This document shows positions 1-8,232 of a stretch of 32,000 nt of DNA, one piece after another. The DNA is from Tannockella kyphosi (GTDB taxonomy: Bacteria; Bacillota_I; Bacilli_A; Erysipelotrichales; Coprobacillaceae), in NCBI RefSeq assembly GCF_021054785.1, contig NZ_CP088239.1, positions 600,001 to 632,000 of the forward strand, in the 5' to 3' direction. The notes beneath the pieces were generated by a model. The model searched no databases, was not told the origin of the DNA, and saw nothing but the letters and a program-made list of their open reading frames with translations. The stretch's first letter is position 1, and every line of letters starts with the position of its first letter. The position numbers were made by a program, and so were the translations under genes.

Positions 1-103
1 TGAATTTGTTAGTACTTATAAACAAAAAATAGAACAAGTATTTGGCAAAGATAGTTGTCATGTTTTGAAAGTCCGTAAATACGGTGGTAAAAAAATGATA
101 TAA
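1..103 (+). CDS. 3' end of an unidentified CDS (C-terminus ...SCHVLKVRKYGGKKMI*)
   Basis: The open frame (codons from nt 2) runs in from the window edge and ends at TAA 101-103. A hairpin plus T-run follows immediately. Thirty-three residues are too few to name a product. Confidence 0.4.
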   Translation, partial: EFVSTYKQKIEQVFGKDSCHVLKVRKYGGKKMI

Positions 104-123
104 AAAAGCCTCTAGGCTTTTTT
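104..123 (+). terminator. Rho-independent terminator of the upstream gene
   Basis: AAAAGCC (104-110), loop TCTA, GGCTTTT (115-121), merging into a T-run 118-123 directly after the stop codon. Confidence 0.6.
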
Positions 124-173
124 ATATTGGTAGGGTATAATAGAGAATATATGGAGTGAGAAAGGGATATTAT

Positions 174-1604
174 ATGAAACGTTTTGATAACAAAAGTAGA
201 ACGAAGATAGTATGTACGATAGGGCCAGCCTCAGAATCAATGGATATGCTACGTAAATTAACAAAAGCGGGAATGAACGTAATGCGTTTGAATTTTTCTC
301 ATGGTTCACAAGAAACACATTTAGTAAAGATGGATCGTATATTAGAATTGAATGAGGAGCTTGGTAGTGATGTGTCTATTTTATTAGATACAAAGGGACC
401 TGAAATCCGTACAGGTGATTTTGTTGATGGGAAAACAACTTTCAAAAAAGGTCAAGTGTGTACTATTTGTATAGAGGATATTGTTGGAACTAGTGAACGA
501 TTTACAATCACTTATAAAAATTTATTTAATGATGTTCATCCAGGTACTTTTATTTTAGTGAATGATGGTCAAATAGAATTATTGGTTGATCATGTAGAAG
601 GTACTGATATTGTTTGTGTTAGTGCAAATGAAGGGGAAGTAAAAGATAAGAGAGGTATTAATGTACCTGGTATTAAATTAGGTTTTAATTATTTATCGAA
701 AAAAGATATTTCTGATATTGAATTTGGATGTCAACATCCAATTACTTATATTGCTGCTTCTTTTGTTCGTCGTGCACAAGATGTTTTTGATGTGAAAAAG
801 ATTTTAATTGAACAACAAAGAACAGATGTTCAAATTATTGCTAAGATTGAAAATAAAGAAGGTGTTGAAAATATTGATGAAATCTTAGAAGTAAGTGATG
901 GTATTATGGTAGCTCGTGGTGACTTAGGTGTTGAGGTTCCAGCGGAAGATGTGCCATTAATTCAAAAAAGTTTAATTCGTAAATGTAAAGAAGCTGGAAA
1001 AGTGGTTATTACTGCTACGCAAATGTTAGAAAGTATGCAAGAAAATCCTCGTCCTACTAGAGCTGAGGTAAGTGATGTTGCGAATGCAATCTATGATGGA
1101 ACTGACGCTATTATGTTATCAGGGGAATCAGCATCAGGTAAATATCCTCAAGAAGCAGTTTTTATGATGAATAAGATTGCTTTAAAGACAGAACAAACTT
1201 TTGATTTCATATCATTGCATCAACAAGCAATGAAAAATGCTGGTGATACACCAGCTGAGGCTATTTGTATGTCAGTAGCAGAAATTGCTGCTAAATTTAA
1301 AGTGTCTGCTATTATTGCATTTACAGAAACTGGAACTACTGCTAAAAAAATGTCAAGATATCGTCCAGAAGCAATGATTATTGCTGCTACACCTTTTCAA
1401 TCGACTGTCCGTCAATTGTCTTTAAATTGGGGTGTTAAAGGGGTTATATGTAAACCTTTAGATAGTCGTTCAGTAATGATTGATTATGCAAGTATTATTG
1501 CAAGAGAACAAGGTATTAGTAATGGAGAGTTAATTTTAGTTACTGGAGGTACTCCTGGTCTTCAAGGTGATACTAGTTATTTAGAATTAGTAAAAGTTAA
1601 ATAA
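174..1604 (+). CDS. pyk: Pyruvate kinase
   Basis: Conserved PK blocks are present: TKIVCTIGPAS, MNVMRLNFSHG, DTKGPEIRTG, KIENKEG, MVARGDLGVE, TQMLESM, MLSGESA. The GTG at 156 lies just upstream of the SD (AGAAAGGGA 159-167); ATG 174 lies 6 nt after it and is the preferred start. There is no PEP-utilizer C-terminal extension. Confidence 0.95.
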   Translation: MKRFDNKSRTKIVCTIGPASESMDMLRKLTKAGMNVMRLNFSHGSQETHLVKMDRILELNEELGSDVSILLDTKGPEIRTGDFVDGKTTFKKGQVCTICIEDIVGTSERFTITYKNLFNDVHPGTFILVNDGQIELLVDHVEGTDIVCVSANEGEVKDKRGINVPGIKLGFNYLSKKDISDIEFGCQHPITYIAASFVRRAQDVFDVKKILIEQQRTDVQIIAKIENKEGVENIDEILEVSDGIMVARGDLGVEVPAEDVPLIQKSLIRKCKEAGKVVITATQMLESMQENPRPTRAEVSDVANAIYDGTDAIMLSGESASGKYPQEAVFMMNKIALKTEQTFDFISLHQQAMKNAGDTPAEAICMSVAEIAAKFKVSAIIAFTETGTTAKKMSRYRPEAMIIAATPFQSTVRQLSLNWGVKGVICKPLDSRSVMIDYASIIAREQGISNGELILVTGGTPGLQGDTSYLELVKVK

Positions 1605-1610
1605 ATTTTA

Positions 1611-1645
1611 GAAAACTCTTTTGATGTTTCAAAAGAGTTTTTTTG
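1611..1645 (+). terminator. Rho-independent terminator after pyk
   Basis: GAAAACTCTTTTGA (1611-1624), loop TGTT, TCAAAAGAGTTTTT (1629-1642), followed by a T-run. Confidence 0.8.
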
Positions 1646-1743
1646 ACGCTCTAAATAGTTGATAGAATGTTGAAAGTTTTTTGTAAAAGAAAGATATCAT
1701 CTCATTTGAATAGAGCGAGTTGGTGTACTGTAAAAAAGTTAAA

Positions 1744-1789
1744 TGTTGCAATCGGGGTGTATACATCATGTTTGCATAATTGTTGCAAT
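1744..1789 (+). promoter_or_regulatory. Direct repeats TGTTGCAAT (x2) plus a variant, upstream of the PTS operon; candidate activator site
   Basis: Exact 9-mer TGTTGCAAT occurs at 1744-1752 and 1781-1789, with a related TGTTTGCATAAT at 1769-1780. All lie just upstream of a possible extended -10 (TGgTAAGAT, 1819-1827). Confidence 0.3.
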
Positions 1790-1852
1790 TTGTTGTTATA
1801 TTCAAGGTTAAAAAAATTTGGTAAGATAGCATTGTAGGAAGGGGATGAAAAA

Positions 1853-2287
1853 ATGATTAAAAAAGAACTAATTTATTTGGATTTAGAACAAGATAATAAA
1901 CTTGAAATTATTGATTTTTTAGCAGATCTTGCTAATAAAGAAGGAAAATTAAACAACATTGAAGAATATAAAGCAGCTGTTTTAAGAAGAGAAGAAGAAT
2001 TTTCTACAGCTTTAGGATTCTTAGTAGCAATGCCCCATGGACAAAGTGATGGTGTTAACGAACCATTTGTAATTTTTGCAAGATGTAAAGAAGAGATGAC
2101 TTGGGATGAAAATCAAGTTAAATTAATCTTTATGATTGGTGTTCCAATGGCTAATAGAGAAGCCACTCACATGAAAATACTTGCAAACATTTCAAGAAAA
2201 CTTATTGATGAAAACTTCAGACAATCTTTATTAGATGCTGGTGACAGTGAAGAAGTTTATCAAATATTATCACAAATAACAATCTAA
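1853..2287 (+). CDS. PTS EIIA component, fructose/mannitol (EIIA-2) family
   Basis: 144 aa with an EIIA-2 type layout and the phosphorylatable His in LVAMPHG. SD AGGAAGGGG lies 8 nt upstream of the ATG. Confidence 0.88.
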   Translation: MIKKELIYLDLEQDNKLEIIDFLADLANKEGKLNNIEEYKAAVLRREEEFSTALGFLVAMPHGQSDGVNEPFVIFARCKEEMTWDENQVKLIFMIGVPMANREATHMKILANISRKLIDENFRQSLLDAGDSEEVYQILSQITI

Positions 2288-2303
2288 GAAGGAGAAAGAA
2301 ATT

Positions 2304-2612
2304 ATGAAAATTATTGGTGTATCAGCTTGTCCAACAGGTATCGCACATACTTATATGGCACAAGAAGCATTAGAAAAAGCAGCAAAAGCAATGGGACATG
2401 AATGTCAAATTGAAACTCAAGGATCTATTGGTGCTGAAAATGAGTTAAGTAGAAAACAAGTAAAAGAAGCAGACGTAGTTATTTTAGCAGTAGAAGTTGC
2501 TATTGAAGGTATGGATCGTTTTGATGACAAAGTGATTTATAAAGCAAATATTGCAAAATGTATTTCACAAGCAGAAAAAATTATTGAAGAAGCATTAGCT
2601 TTAGTAGGGTAA
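2304..2612 (+). CDS. PTS EIIB component, fructose-type
   Basis: 102 aa with the N-terminal signature GVSACPTGIAHTYMA (active-site Cys) typical of fructose-family EIIB. SD AAGGAGAAAG is upstream. Confidence 0.9.
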   Translation: MKIIGVSACPTGIAHTYMAQEALEKAAKAMGHECQIETQGSIGAENELSRKQVKEADVVILAVEVAIEGMDRFDDKVIYKANIAKCISQAEKIIEEALALVG

Positions 2613-2659
2613 TTAATGCATAAGCATTTATTATAAAAATCTCAGGGAGGAGAAATAAA

Positions 2660-3694
2660 ATGAAAGAATTTTTAACAGATTTAAAAAATCATGTAATGAC
2701 TGGTGTATCTTACATGATTCCAGCTGTTACTGTTGGTGGTATTTGTATCGCTGTAGCATTAGCAACTGGTGAAGCAGGAGATACTGGTATGGTAATTACT
2801 AGTACATTCTGGAACAATGTTAACACTATTGGTGGTATCGCAATTGGATATATGTGTCCAATGTTAGCGGGATATACTGCTTACTCAATTGCAGGTAGAC
2901 CAGGTTTATTACCAGGGTTTGCATTAGGTTCATTAGCTAACACTGCAGTTGGTACTTCAAGTGTATCTACTGGTTTCTTAGGAGCATTAGTTTTAGGTAT
3001 TGCTGCTGGTTATTTAGCTAAATGGGTTAAAGGTTGGAAAGTTCCTAAAGTCATCAAATCTATTATGCCAATCTTAATTATCCCTCTAGTTACAACTATG
3101 ACTATTGGATTATTATACATCTATATTTTCGCTAATCCATTAGGAGGACTTGTTACTGCAATGACTAACGGATTATCTGGATTAAGCAGTGGTTCAACTG
3201 TATTATTAGGTATTGCTGTTGGTTGTATGATCGCATTCGATATGGGTGGTCCAGTTAACAAAGTTGCATTCGCTACATCTGTTGCTTTAATCGCTGAAGG
3301 AAACACTTCAATGATGGGTATGTGTGGGGTTGCTATCTGTGTACCTCCAATTGGTATGGGTCTTGCTACATTCATCTGTAAAAAGAAATTTACTGAAGAA
3401 GAACGTGAAGCTGGTAAAGCATCAGCTGTTATGGGATGTATCGGTATCACTGAAGGGGCTATTCCTTTCGCTGCTTCTGATCCAATCAGAGTATTACCTT
3501 CAATTATGACTGGTTCTGCTGTTGGGGCTGTAATCGCTGGATTATGTGCTTGTACTAACGCTGCACCTCATGGTGGATTAATTGTATTACCAGTAGTTGG
3601 AAATGCTTTAATGTATACTGCTGCTGTATTAGTTGGTTCATTAGTAGTAGTTGGTATGATCTTTATTCTTAAAAAAGACGTTGTAGAAGAATAA
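2660..3694 (+). CDS. PTS EIIC permease, fructose-like family
   Basis: 344 aa polytopic membrane protein with fructose-family EIIC blocks (FDMGGPVNKVA, GITEGAIPFA). SD AGGGAGGAG is upstream. It follows EIIA and EIIB with short gaps. Confidence 0.9.
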   Translation: MKEFLTDLKNHVMTGVSYMIPAVTVGGICIAVALATGEAGDTGMVITSTFWNNVNTIGGIAIGYMCPMLAGYTAYSIAGRPGLLPGFALGSLANTAVGTSSVSTGFLGALVLGIAAGYLAKWVKGWKVPKVIKSIMPILIIPLVTTMTIGLLYIYIFANPLGGLVTAMTNGLSGLSSGSTVLLGIAVGCMIAFDMGGPVNKVAFATSVALIAEGNTSMMGMCGVAICVPPIGMGLATFICKKKFTEEEREAGKASAVMGCIGITEGAIPFAASDPIRVLPSIMTGSAVGAVIAGLCACTNAAPHGGLIVLPVVGNALMYTAAVLVGSLVVVGMIFILKKDVVEE

Positions 3695-3714
3695 TAAAAT
3701 TTAATCTTGAATTT

Positions 3715-3747
3715 AAAAGACGAACTTTTGCAAGTTCGTCTTTTTTC
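3715..3747 (+). terminator. Rho-independent terminator after the PTS EIIC gene
   Basis: AAAAGACGAACTT (3715-3727), loop TTGC, AAGTTCGTCTTTT (3732-3744), then T-run to 3746. Confidence 0.85.
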
Positions 3748-3756
3748 ATGTATAAT
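3728..3756 (+). promoter_or_regulatory. Sigma-A type promoter for the PRD regulator gene, nested in the preceding terminator
   Basis: TTGCAA (3728-3733), a 17-nt spacer, then TATAAT (3751-3756). SD AGGGAG and ATG 3784 follow. Confidence 0.55.
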
Positions 3757-3783
3757 GGGGATATATGACAAGGGAGAAATGTT

Positions 3784-5760
3784 ATGAATTTGCGTCAAAA
3801 ACAACTGTTTAAATTATTAATTCAACAAGACAATTATTTGACTGTCCAAGAAATGGCTGATTTTTTATCGGTTTCTTTAAGAACTGCACATACTGATTTA
3901 AAGATTGTAGAGGAGCTTCTTAATGATAATAATGTAGAACTTGATAAAAAACAAAATGTAGGTATTAAAATAAATGCGGATATGTCAGTTAAAAATTCAT
4001 TATTAAATTTAGTAGATGAAACAAAACAAGAAGTAAGTGTATTATCTACAGAAATAAGAAGAATGAAAATCATATCACGATTATTATTTAATCGTGAAGG
4101 AACATCACTTAATAAATTAGCTGATGAATTTATGGTATCTAAAACATCAATTGTTAGTGATTTTGAAAAAATAGAATTATTTTTAAGTGCTTTTCAACTC
4201 GAATTAATTAGAGATCGTCAAGGTACTAGGGTTTCGGGTAATGAAAAAAATATTCGTCATGCATTAAGTCAGCTAGCAACTAATTTTGTACAGTTAGAAT
4301 TTGATGAAGTATTACAAGAACAAGAATCAAGTCGTTTAGACTTATCTACTTTTTATCGATTGAAGAACATTTTTGAAATCGATGATATTGAAATAATAGA
4401 AAACATTTTAGAAGAAGCACAAGAAAAATTAGGATACATGATAAATGAAGTATCGTATGTGAATCTAATTACTCATTTATTAATATTAATTAAAAGGCTA
4501 AAGAATTCTGTAGTTTATACCCAAGAACAAATAGATCAAGTATATCAAATAGATACTATCGAAAAAGCAATGGCTATTTCTTATTTTATAGCATCTTCGA
4601 TAGAAAAAGAGTTTGATGTTGAAATACCAGAAGCAGAAATAAAATATATTCATCAATATTTAGTTTGTTCTGGAATACAAAGCGATTTTATACATTTGGA
4701 TGCAGATAACTATGCATTAGAAATTGATGATGAATATATGGAACTTATTAACCAATTAATTTCAATTGTTTCTGAATCAGTCCATTATGATCTTACAAAA
4801 GATAAAGAATTAAAGCTTAGTCTAATTACTCATTTTGCACCATTAATACAACGTGTTATTTATGATGTGCATATGGATAATCCCTTAGTAACAGAAATCA
4901 AAACGCAATATGCAGCTATGTTTTCGATTGTAACCATTTCACTAGAAATGTTACAAAATGAACTTTTAAGTGGATTAAGTGATAATGAAATAGGTTTTTT
5001 AACTATTCATTTCCAAGCAGCAGTAGAGCGTTCCATGGAACAAAAACAAATTATTATTGTTTGTCCTGAAGGAATTGGTTTTTCTAGATTACTTTCTCAT
5101 CGAATTGAAAGATATATATCATCTGTAAATATTGTTGATATTGTAGGGCTAAATAAACTAAGTACAATGGATTTATCGGGTATTGATTTAGTTATTTCTA
5201 CGGTACCTATTAAAAAATGTGCCAAACCAGTAGTTTTAGTATCCTCTTTTATGTCTGAGATGGATATTCGTGATATTAATAACTTTTTAGTACAAAGTGG
5301 TCAATCAAGTGAACATCCTAGTTTAGAACATCTTTCTAAAATTATAGATGATACTGTTGTTTTTACTAATTTAGATTATGATAATAAAAAGGATGTATTA
5401 TCTTTTATAATTAAAGAAATGTGTAAAAATGGTTATGTAACAAGAAATTATGAAAAAACTGTTTTTGATCGTGAAGATATTATGAGTACGGATTTAGGGA
5501 ATATGATTGCTATTCCTCATGGTAGTGAAAAAGAAATTATTGAATCAAGACTAGCAATTGTAACATTAAAGAAACCTATTTTATGGGATAAACATGAAGT
5601 AAGTGTTGTTTTCTTAATTGCAATGACAATGGATAACCCTCAAAAGACAAAGAATATTTTAAAGGATCTTTATTCAATTATGGATTCTAAAACAATGCTT
5701 CAAAATATAATTGATGCAAAAGATGTAGAGGAAGTTATTGATTTAATTCATAACAATTAA
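3784..5760 (+). CDS. PRD-domain, PTS-controlled transcriptional regulator (MtlR/LicR/ManR-type: HTH, PRD, PRD, EIIB-like, EIIA-like)
   Basis: 658 aa. The N-terminal winged-HTH region contains LTVQEMADFLSVSLRTAHTDL. The central regions have PRD-like spacing of His residues. An EIIB(Gat)-like block IIIVCPEGIGFSRLL and a C-terminal EIIA-2 block MIAIPHG are present. It sits next to a PTS operon. Confidence 0.85.
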   Translation: MNLRQKQLFKLLIQQDNYLTVQEMADFLSVSLRTAHTDLKIVEELLNDNNVELDKKQNVGIKINADMSVKNSLLNLVDETKQEVSVLSTEIRRMKIISRLLFNREGTSLNKLADEFMVSKTSIVSDFEKIELFLSAFQLELIRDRQGTRVSGNEKNIRHALSQLATNFVQLEFDEVLQEQESSRLDLSTFYRLKNIFEIDDIEIIENILEEAQEKLGYMINEVSYVNLITHLLILIKRLKNSVVYTQEQIDQVYQIDTIEKAMAISYFIASSIEKEFDVEIPEAEIKYIHQYLVCSGIQSDFIHLDADNYALEIDDEYMELINQLISIVSESVHYDLTKDKELKLSLITHFAPLIQRVIYDVHMDNPLVTEIKTQYAAMFSIVTISLEMLQNELLSGLSDNEIGFLTIHFQAAVERSMEQKQIIIVCPEGIGFSRLLSHRIERYISSVNIVDIVGLNKLSTMDLSGIDLVISTVPIKKCAKPVVLVSSFMSEMDIRDINNFLVQSGQSSEHPSLEHLSKIIDDTVVFTNLDYDNKKDVLSFIIKEMCKNGYVTRNYEKTVFDREDIMSTDLGNMIAIPHGSEKEIIESRLAIVTLKKPILWDKHEVSVVFLIAMTMDNPQKTKNILKDLYSIMDSKTMLQNIIDAKDVEEVIDLIHNN

Positions 5761-5787
5761 CTTATAGGATATTCTATAAGTTTTTTT
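5761..5787 (+). terminator. Probable rho-independent terminator
   Basis: CTTATAG (5761-5767) pairs with CTATAAG (5774-5780), followed by T7 (5781-5787). The stem is short and AT-rich. Confidence 0.45.
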
Positions 5788-5840
5788 ATATGAATCCTTT
5801 ATTATTTATGATAAAATGAGCTGATTCAATAGGAGGCATT

Positions 5841-7391
5841 ATGAGTAAAACAGCTATTAAACAAGTAACAACAAAACAAAATAATATAAAAATCGTTTTA
5901 GTCAGTACAATGATAGGACTTAGTGCAGGAATTGTAAGTGTGTTGTATCGTTTGGCTATTTCTAGTGCAGAAAGCATATCACTTACAATGTATAGTTATA
6001 TAGAAGCTCATTTACAGTTTGTTCCTATTTTATTTATAGGACTAGCAATCGCCGGATATTTGATGGGATGTGTTATAACTAAATATCCACTGACTTCAGG
6101 ATCAGGAATACCTCAAGTAAAAGGTCAAATATTAGGATATATAAAGTCAAATTGGTTTACTACACTAATCGTTAAATTTTTTGCTGGAATGACAGCAATT
6201 ATAGCAGGTTTATCATTAGGTAGAGAAGGTCCATCGATTCAACTAGGTGCCAGTGTAGCTCAGGGTGTTTCTGAGAAAATAGGTGCTTCTAATACTGAAA
6301 AAAGAATATTTATTACTAGTGGAGCTAGTGCTGGATTAGCTGCTGCTTTTAATGCACCATTAGCAGGTGTAATGTTTGCATTAGAAGAAATATTTCGATA
6401 TTTTTCACCAGTAGTTTTGCTTTCTACATTAGTTGCTGCAATTGTAGCTGATTTTGTTTCTAAAGTATATTTTGGTATTAGTCCTGTTTTTGACTTTGAA
6501 GTTACTGCTTCTTTACCAATAAGTTATTACTGGCTATTTATTTTATTAGGAATATTCCTTGGATTTTCAGGTGTTTTTTATAACTTATGTATTGTAAAAA
6601 GTCAAAAATTATACAAATATATAAGTGCTATTAACCCTAAATACAAACCTATTTTACCTTTTATGATAGCAGGTATTTTAGGTATTACATTACCTATTGT
6701 TTTAGGTGGTGGACATAGTATTATTCATGAACTAAGTATTGAAAATAGCATGATGTATTTATTGATGATTCTTGTTATTAAATTCATATTTTCTATGATT
6801 AGTTTTGGTTCTGGAACACCTGGTGGGATTTTCTTTCCATTGTTAGTTTTAGGAGCAACACTTGGTGCTATTTTTGCTAAGATAGCTATTCCTGGACTGG
6901 GATTAGATGCAGTATTATTTTATAACTTTGTCATTATTGCAATGGCAGGCTATTTTGCAGCAATTGTAAGAGCACCATTAACTGGTATTATTTTATTAGT
7001 AGAAATGACAGGTTCATTTTCACAGCTTTTACCGTTAATTATTACTTCAACAGTAGCATATCTTGTTGCTGAAGAATTAAACAATAAACCAATATATGAT
7101 TCTTTATTAGAAAACCTATTAGAAAACCATCATATTCATCAAGAACCAGCAAATAGAAGTAAAATAGTAATAGAGAGGGTAGTACATATAGGTGCAAATG
7201 TAGAAAATAAATATTTGCGAGAAATTCAATTACCTGCTCGTTGTCTAATTGTTGCGATATCTCGTGGTGAAAATGATATTACACCAAATGGAGATACATT
7301 TATAAAATCAGGAGATATTCTTACCTTTTTAGTTGATACATCCAATGAAATAGTTGTCCGTCAAGCAATTGAACAATTGCTTGGTGATTAA
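5841..7391 (+). CDS. ClC-family chloride channel / Cl-/H+ antiporter with C-terminal TrkA-C (RCK_C) domain
   Basis: ClC selectivity motifs are present: GSGIPQ, GREGP (gating Glu) and GGIFFP. Many TM segments are evident. The last ~85 aa (IVIERVVHIG...GDILTFLV) look like an RCK_C domain. SD AGGAGG is upstream. Confidence 0.9.
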   Translation: MSKTAIKQVTTKQNNIKIVLVSTMIGLSAGIVSVLYRLAISSAESISLTMYSYIEAHLQFVPILFIGLAIAGYLMGCVITKYPLTSGSGIPQVKGQILGYIKSNWFTTLIVKFFAGMTAIIAGLSLGREGPSIQLGASVAQGVSEKIGASNTEKRIFITSGASAGLAAAFNAPLAGVMFALEEIFRYFSPVVLLSTLVAAIVADFVSKVYFGISPVFDFEVTASLPISYYWLFILLGIFLGFSGVFYNLCIVKSQKLYKYISAINPKYKPILPFMIAGILGITLPIVLGGGHSIIHELSIENSMMYLLMILVIKFIFSMISFGSGTPGGIFFPLLVLGATLGAIFAKIAIPGLGLDAVLFYNFVIIAMAGYFAAIVRAPLTGIILLVEMTGSFSQLLPLIITSTVAYLVAEELNNKPIYDSLLENLLENHHIHQEPANRSKIVIERVVHIGANVENKYLREIQLPARCLIVAISRGENDITPNGDTFIKSGDILTFLVDTSNEIVVRQAIEQLLGD

Positions 7392-7392
7392 A

Positions 7393-7423
7393 GATAAGCA
7401 CAAATTCTTGTACTTATCTTTTT
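7393..7423 (+). terminator. Rho-independent terminator after the ClC gene
   Basis: GATAAGCACAA (7393-7403) pairs with TTGTACTTATC (7408-7418) with one mismatch, followed by a T-run 7419-7423. Confidence 0.6.
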
Positions 7424-7542
7424 ATCTATACAATCAATAATGTGTAGTTACATACTTGTTTGAATTCATGATTCTATATGATACTTTTGTTTACTTGTCT
7501 CTATATTATGGTATGATTATGGGAGATAGTAGGAGGGATAAA

Positions 7543-8232
7543 ATGAAGATAGTTATTGTTGATGATGATAAAGATTTCTTATCTTGTTTTGAAAGAAAAA
7601 TAGATGCTGGTTTTTCTAAAATGATGGATTGTTTTGAAATTAAATGTTTACAAACTAGCTTTATTCATGAAGAAATGGATATATTATTCTTAGATATTGA
7701 AATGAATGGTTTAAATGGAATTGAGATGATTCGTTCTTATTCAAAAGACAATATCAAACAACCTTTATTAATATTTGTATCATCAAAAACGGAATTAGTT
7801 TTTGATGCTATGTCTGTACATCCTTTTTATTTTATTAGAAAATCATTTTTAGATACTGATCTTGCTATTTTCTTTCAATTAATAGAAAATTATATGGTAA
7901 AAAACAGGAAACTACTTACTATTGATTGCAATGGGAGAAAGACATCAATTTTACATTGTGATATTATATACATTCAATCTGATGGAAGATATGTTCATAT
8001 ATTTAGTTATGATGATGAATTTGTATATCGAGAAACACTTAAAAACTTCTTAGGACGAATTGATAATAAGAACTTTGTTCAAATCCAAAAGTCTCTCGTA
8101 ATAAATTTAGATAATGTAAAAGAAATTATTCAAGGGGATATTGTTTTAAAGAGTGGGGAAGTATTTGGTGTAAATAGGTCTTATCGAACTAATTTATTAA
8201 CATTATATGAAGAGTATCTTTTATCATGTTAA
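7543..8232 (+). CDS. LytTR-family response regulator (receiver + LytTR DNA-binding domain)
   Basis: The receiver has an acidic pocket (VDDD), a phospho-acceptor context (ILFLDIEM), and conserved S (FVSS) and K (FIRKS). The C-terminal LytTR block reads DIIYIQSDGRYVHIFS...FVQIQKSLVINLDNV. SD AGGAGGGA lies just before ATG 7543; the in-frame extension back to 7456 has no SD. Confidence 0.9.
   Translation: MKIVIVDDDKDFLSCFERKIDAGFSKMMDCFEIKCLQTSFIHEEMDILFLDIEMNGLNGIEMIRSYSKDNIKQPLLIFVSSKTELVFDAMSVHPFYFIRKSFLDTDLAIFFQLIENYMVKNRKLLTIDCNGRKTSILHCDIIYIQSDGRYVHIFSYDDEFVYRETLKNFLGRIDNKNFVQIQKSLVINLDNVKEIIQGDIVLKSGEVFGVNRSYRTNLLTLYEEYLLSC

Noticed and set aside
156-173. N-terminal extension of pyk from GTG 156
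   Set aside because: The SD-like AGAAAGGGA (159-167) lies inside this extension and is correctly spaced for ATG 174. PK homologues begin near MKR...TKIVCT.
112-318. 68-aa minus-strand ORF overlapping the pyk start
   Set aside because: It is antisense to a well-supported pyk and spans the upstream terminator. It has low-complexity hydrophobic composition typical of AT-rich antisense frames and no SD.
1720-1790. Possible sigma-54 (-24 GG / -12 GC) promoter using the TTGCA motifs upstream of the PTS operon
   Set aside because: No GG lies at the required 12-nt register upstream of any TTGCA. The linked regulator also lacks a sigma-54 AAA+ activator domain.
1629-1832. 67-aa minus-strand ORF in the pyk/PTS intergenic region
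   Set aside because: It has no SD, runs across the pyk terminator and the putative PTS promoter, and has composition typical of a random AT-rich frame.
3121-3804. ORFs 3121-3450(-), 3324-3509(+) and 3568-3804(-) inside or around the EIIC gene
   Set aside because: They are alternative or antisense frames of a strongly supported membrane-protein gene, with no SD and no recognisable motifs.
3834-4073. 79-aa minus-strand ORF inside the PRD regulator gene
   Set aside because: It is antisense to a supported CDS, with no start context.
5786-5977. 63-aa minus-strand ORF overlapping the ClC gene start
   Set aside because: It is antisense to the ClC start and its SD, with no independent support.
7456-7542. 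29-codon in-frame extension of the LytTR regulator (also considered as a possible leader or pheromone peptide)
   Set aside because: It is in frame with no stop before ATG 7543, so it is not a separate peptide gene. It lacks an SD, whereas AGGAGGGA immediately precedes 7543. Receiver domains start at MKIVIVDD.
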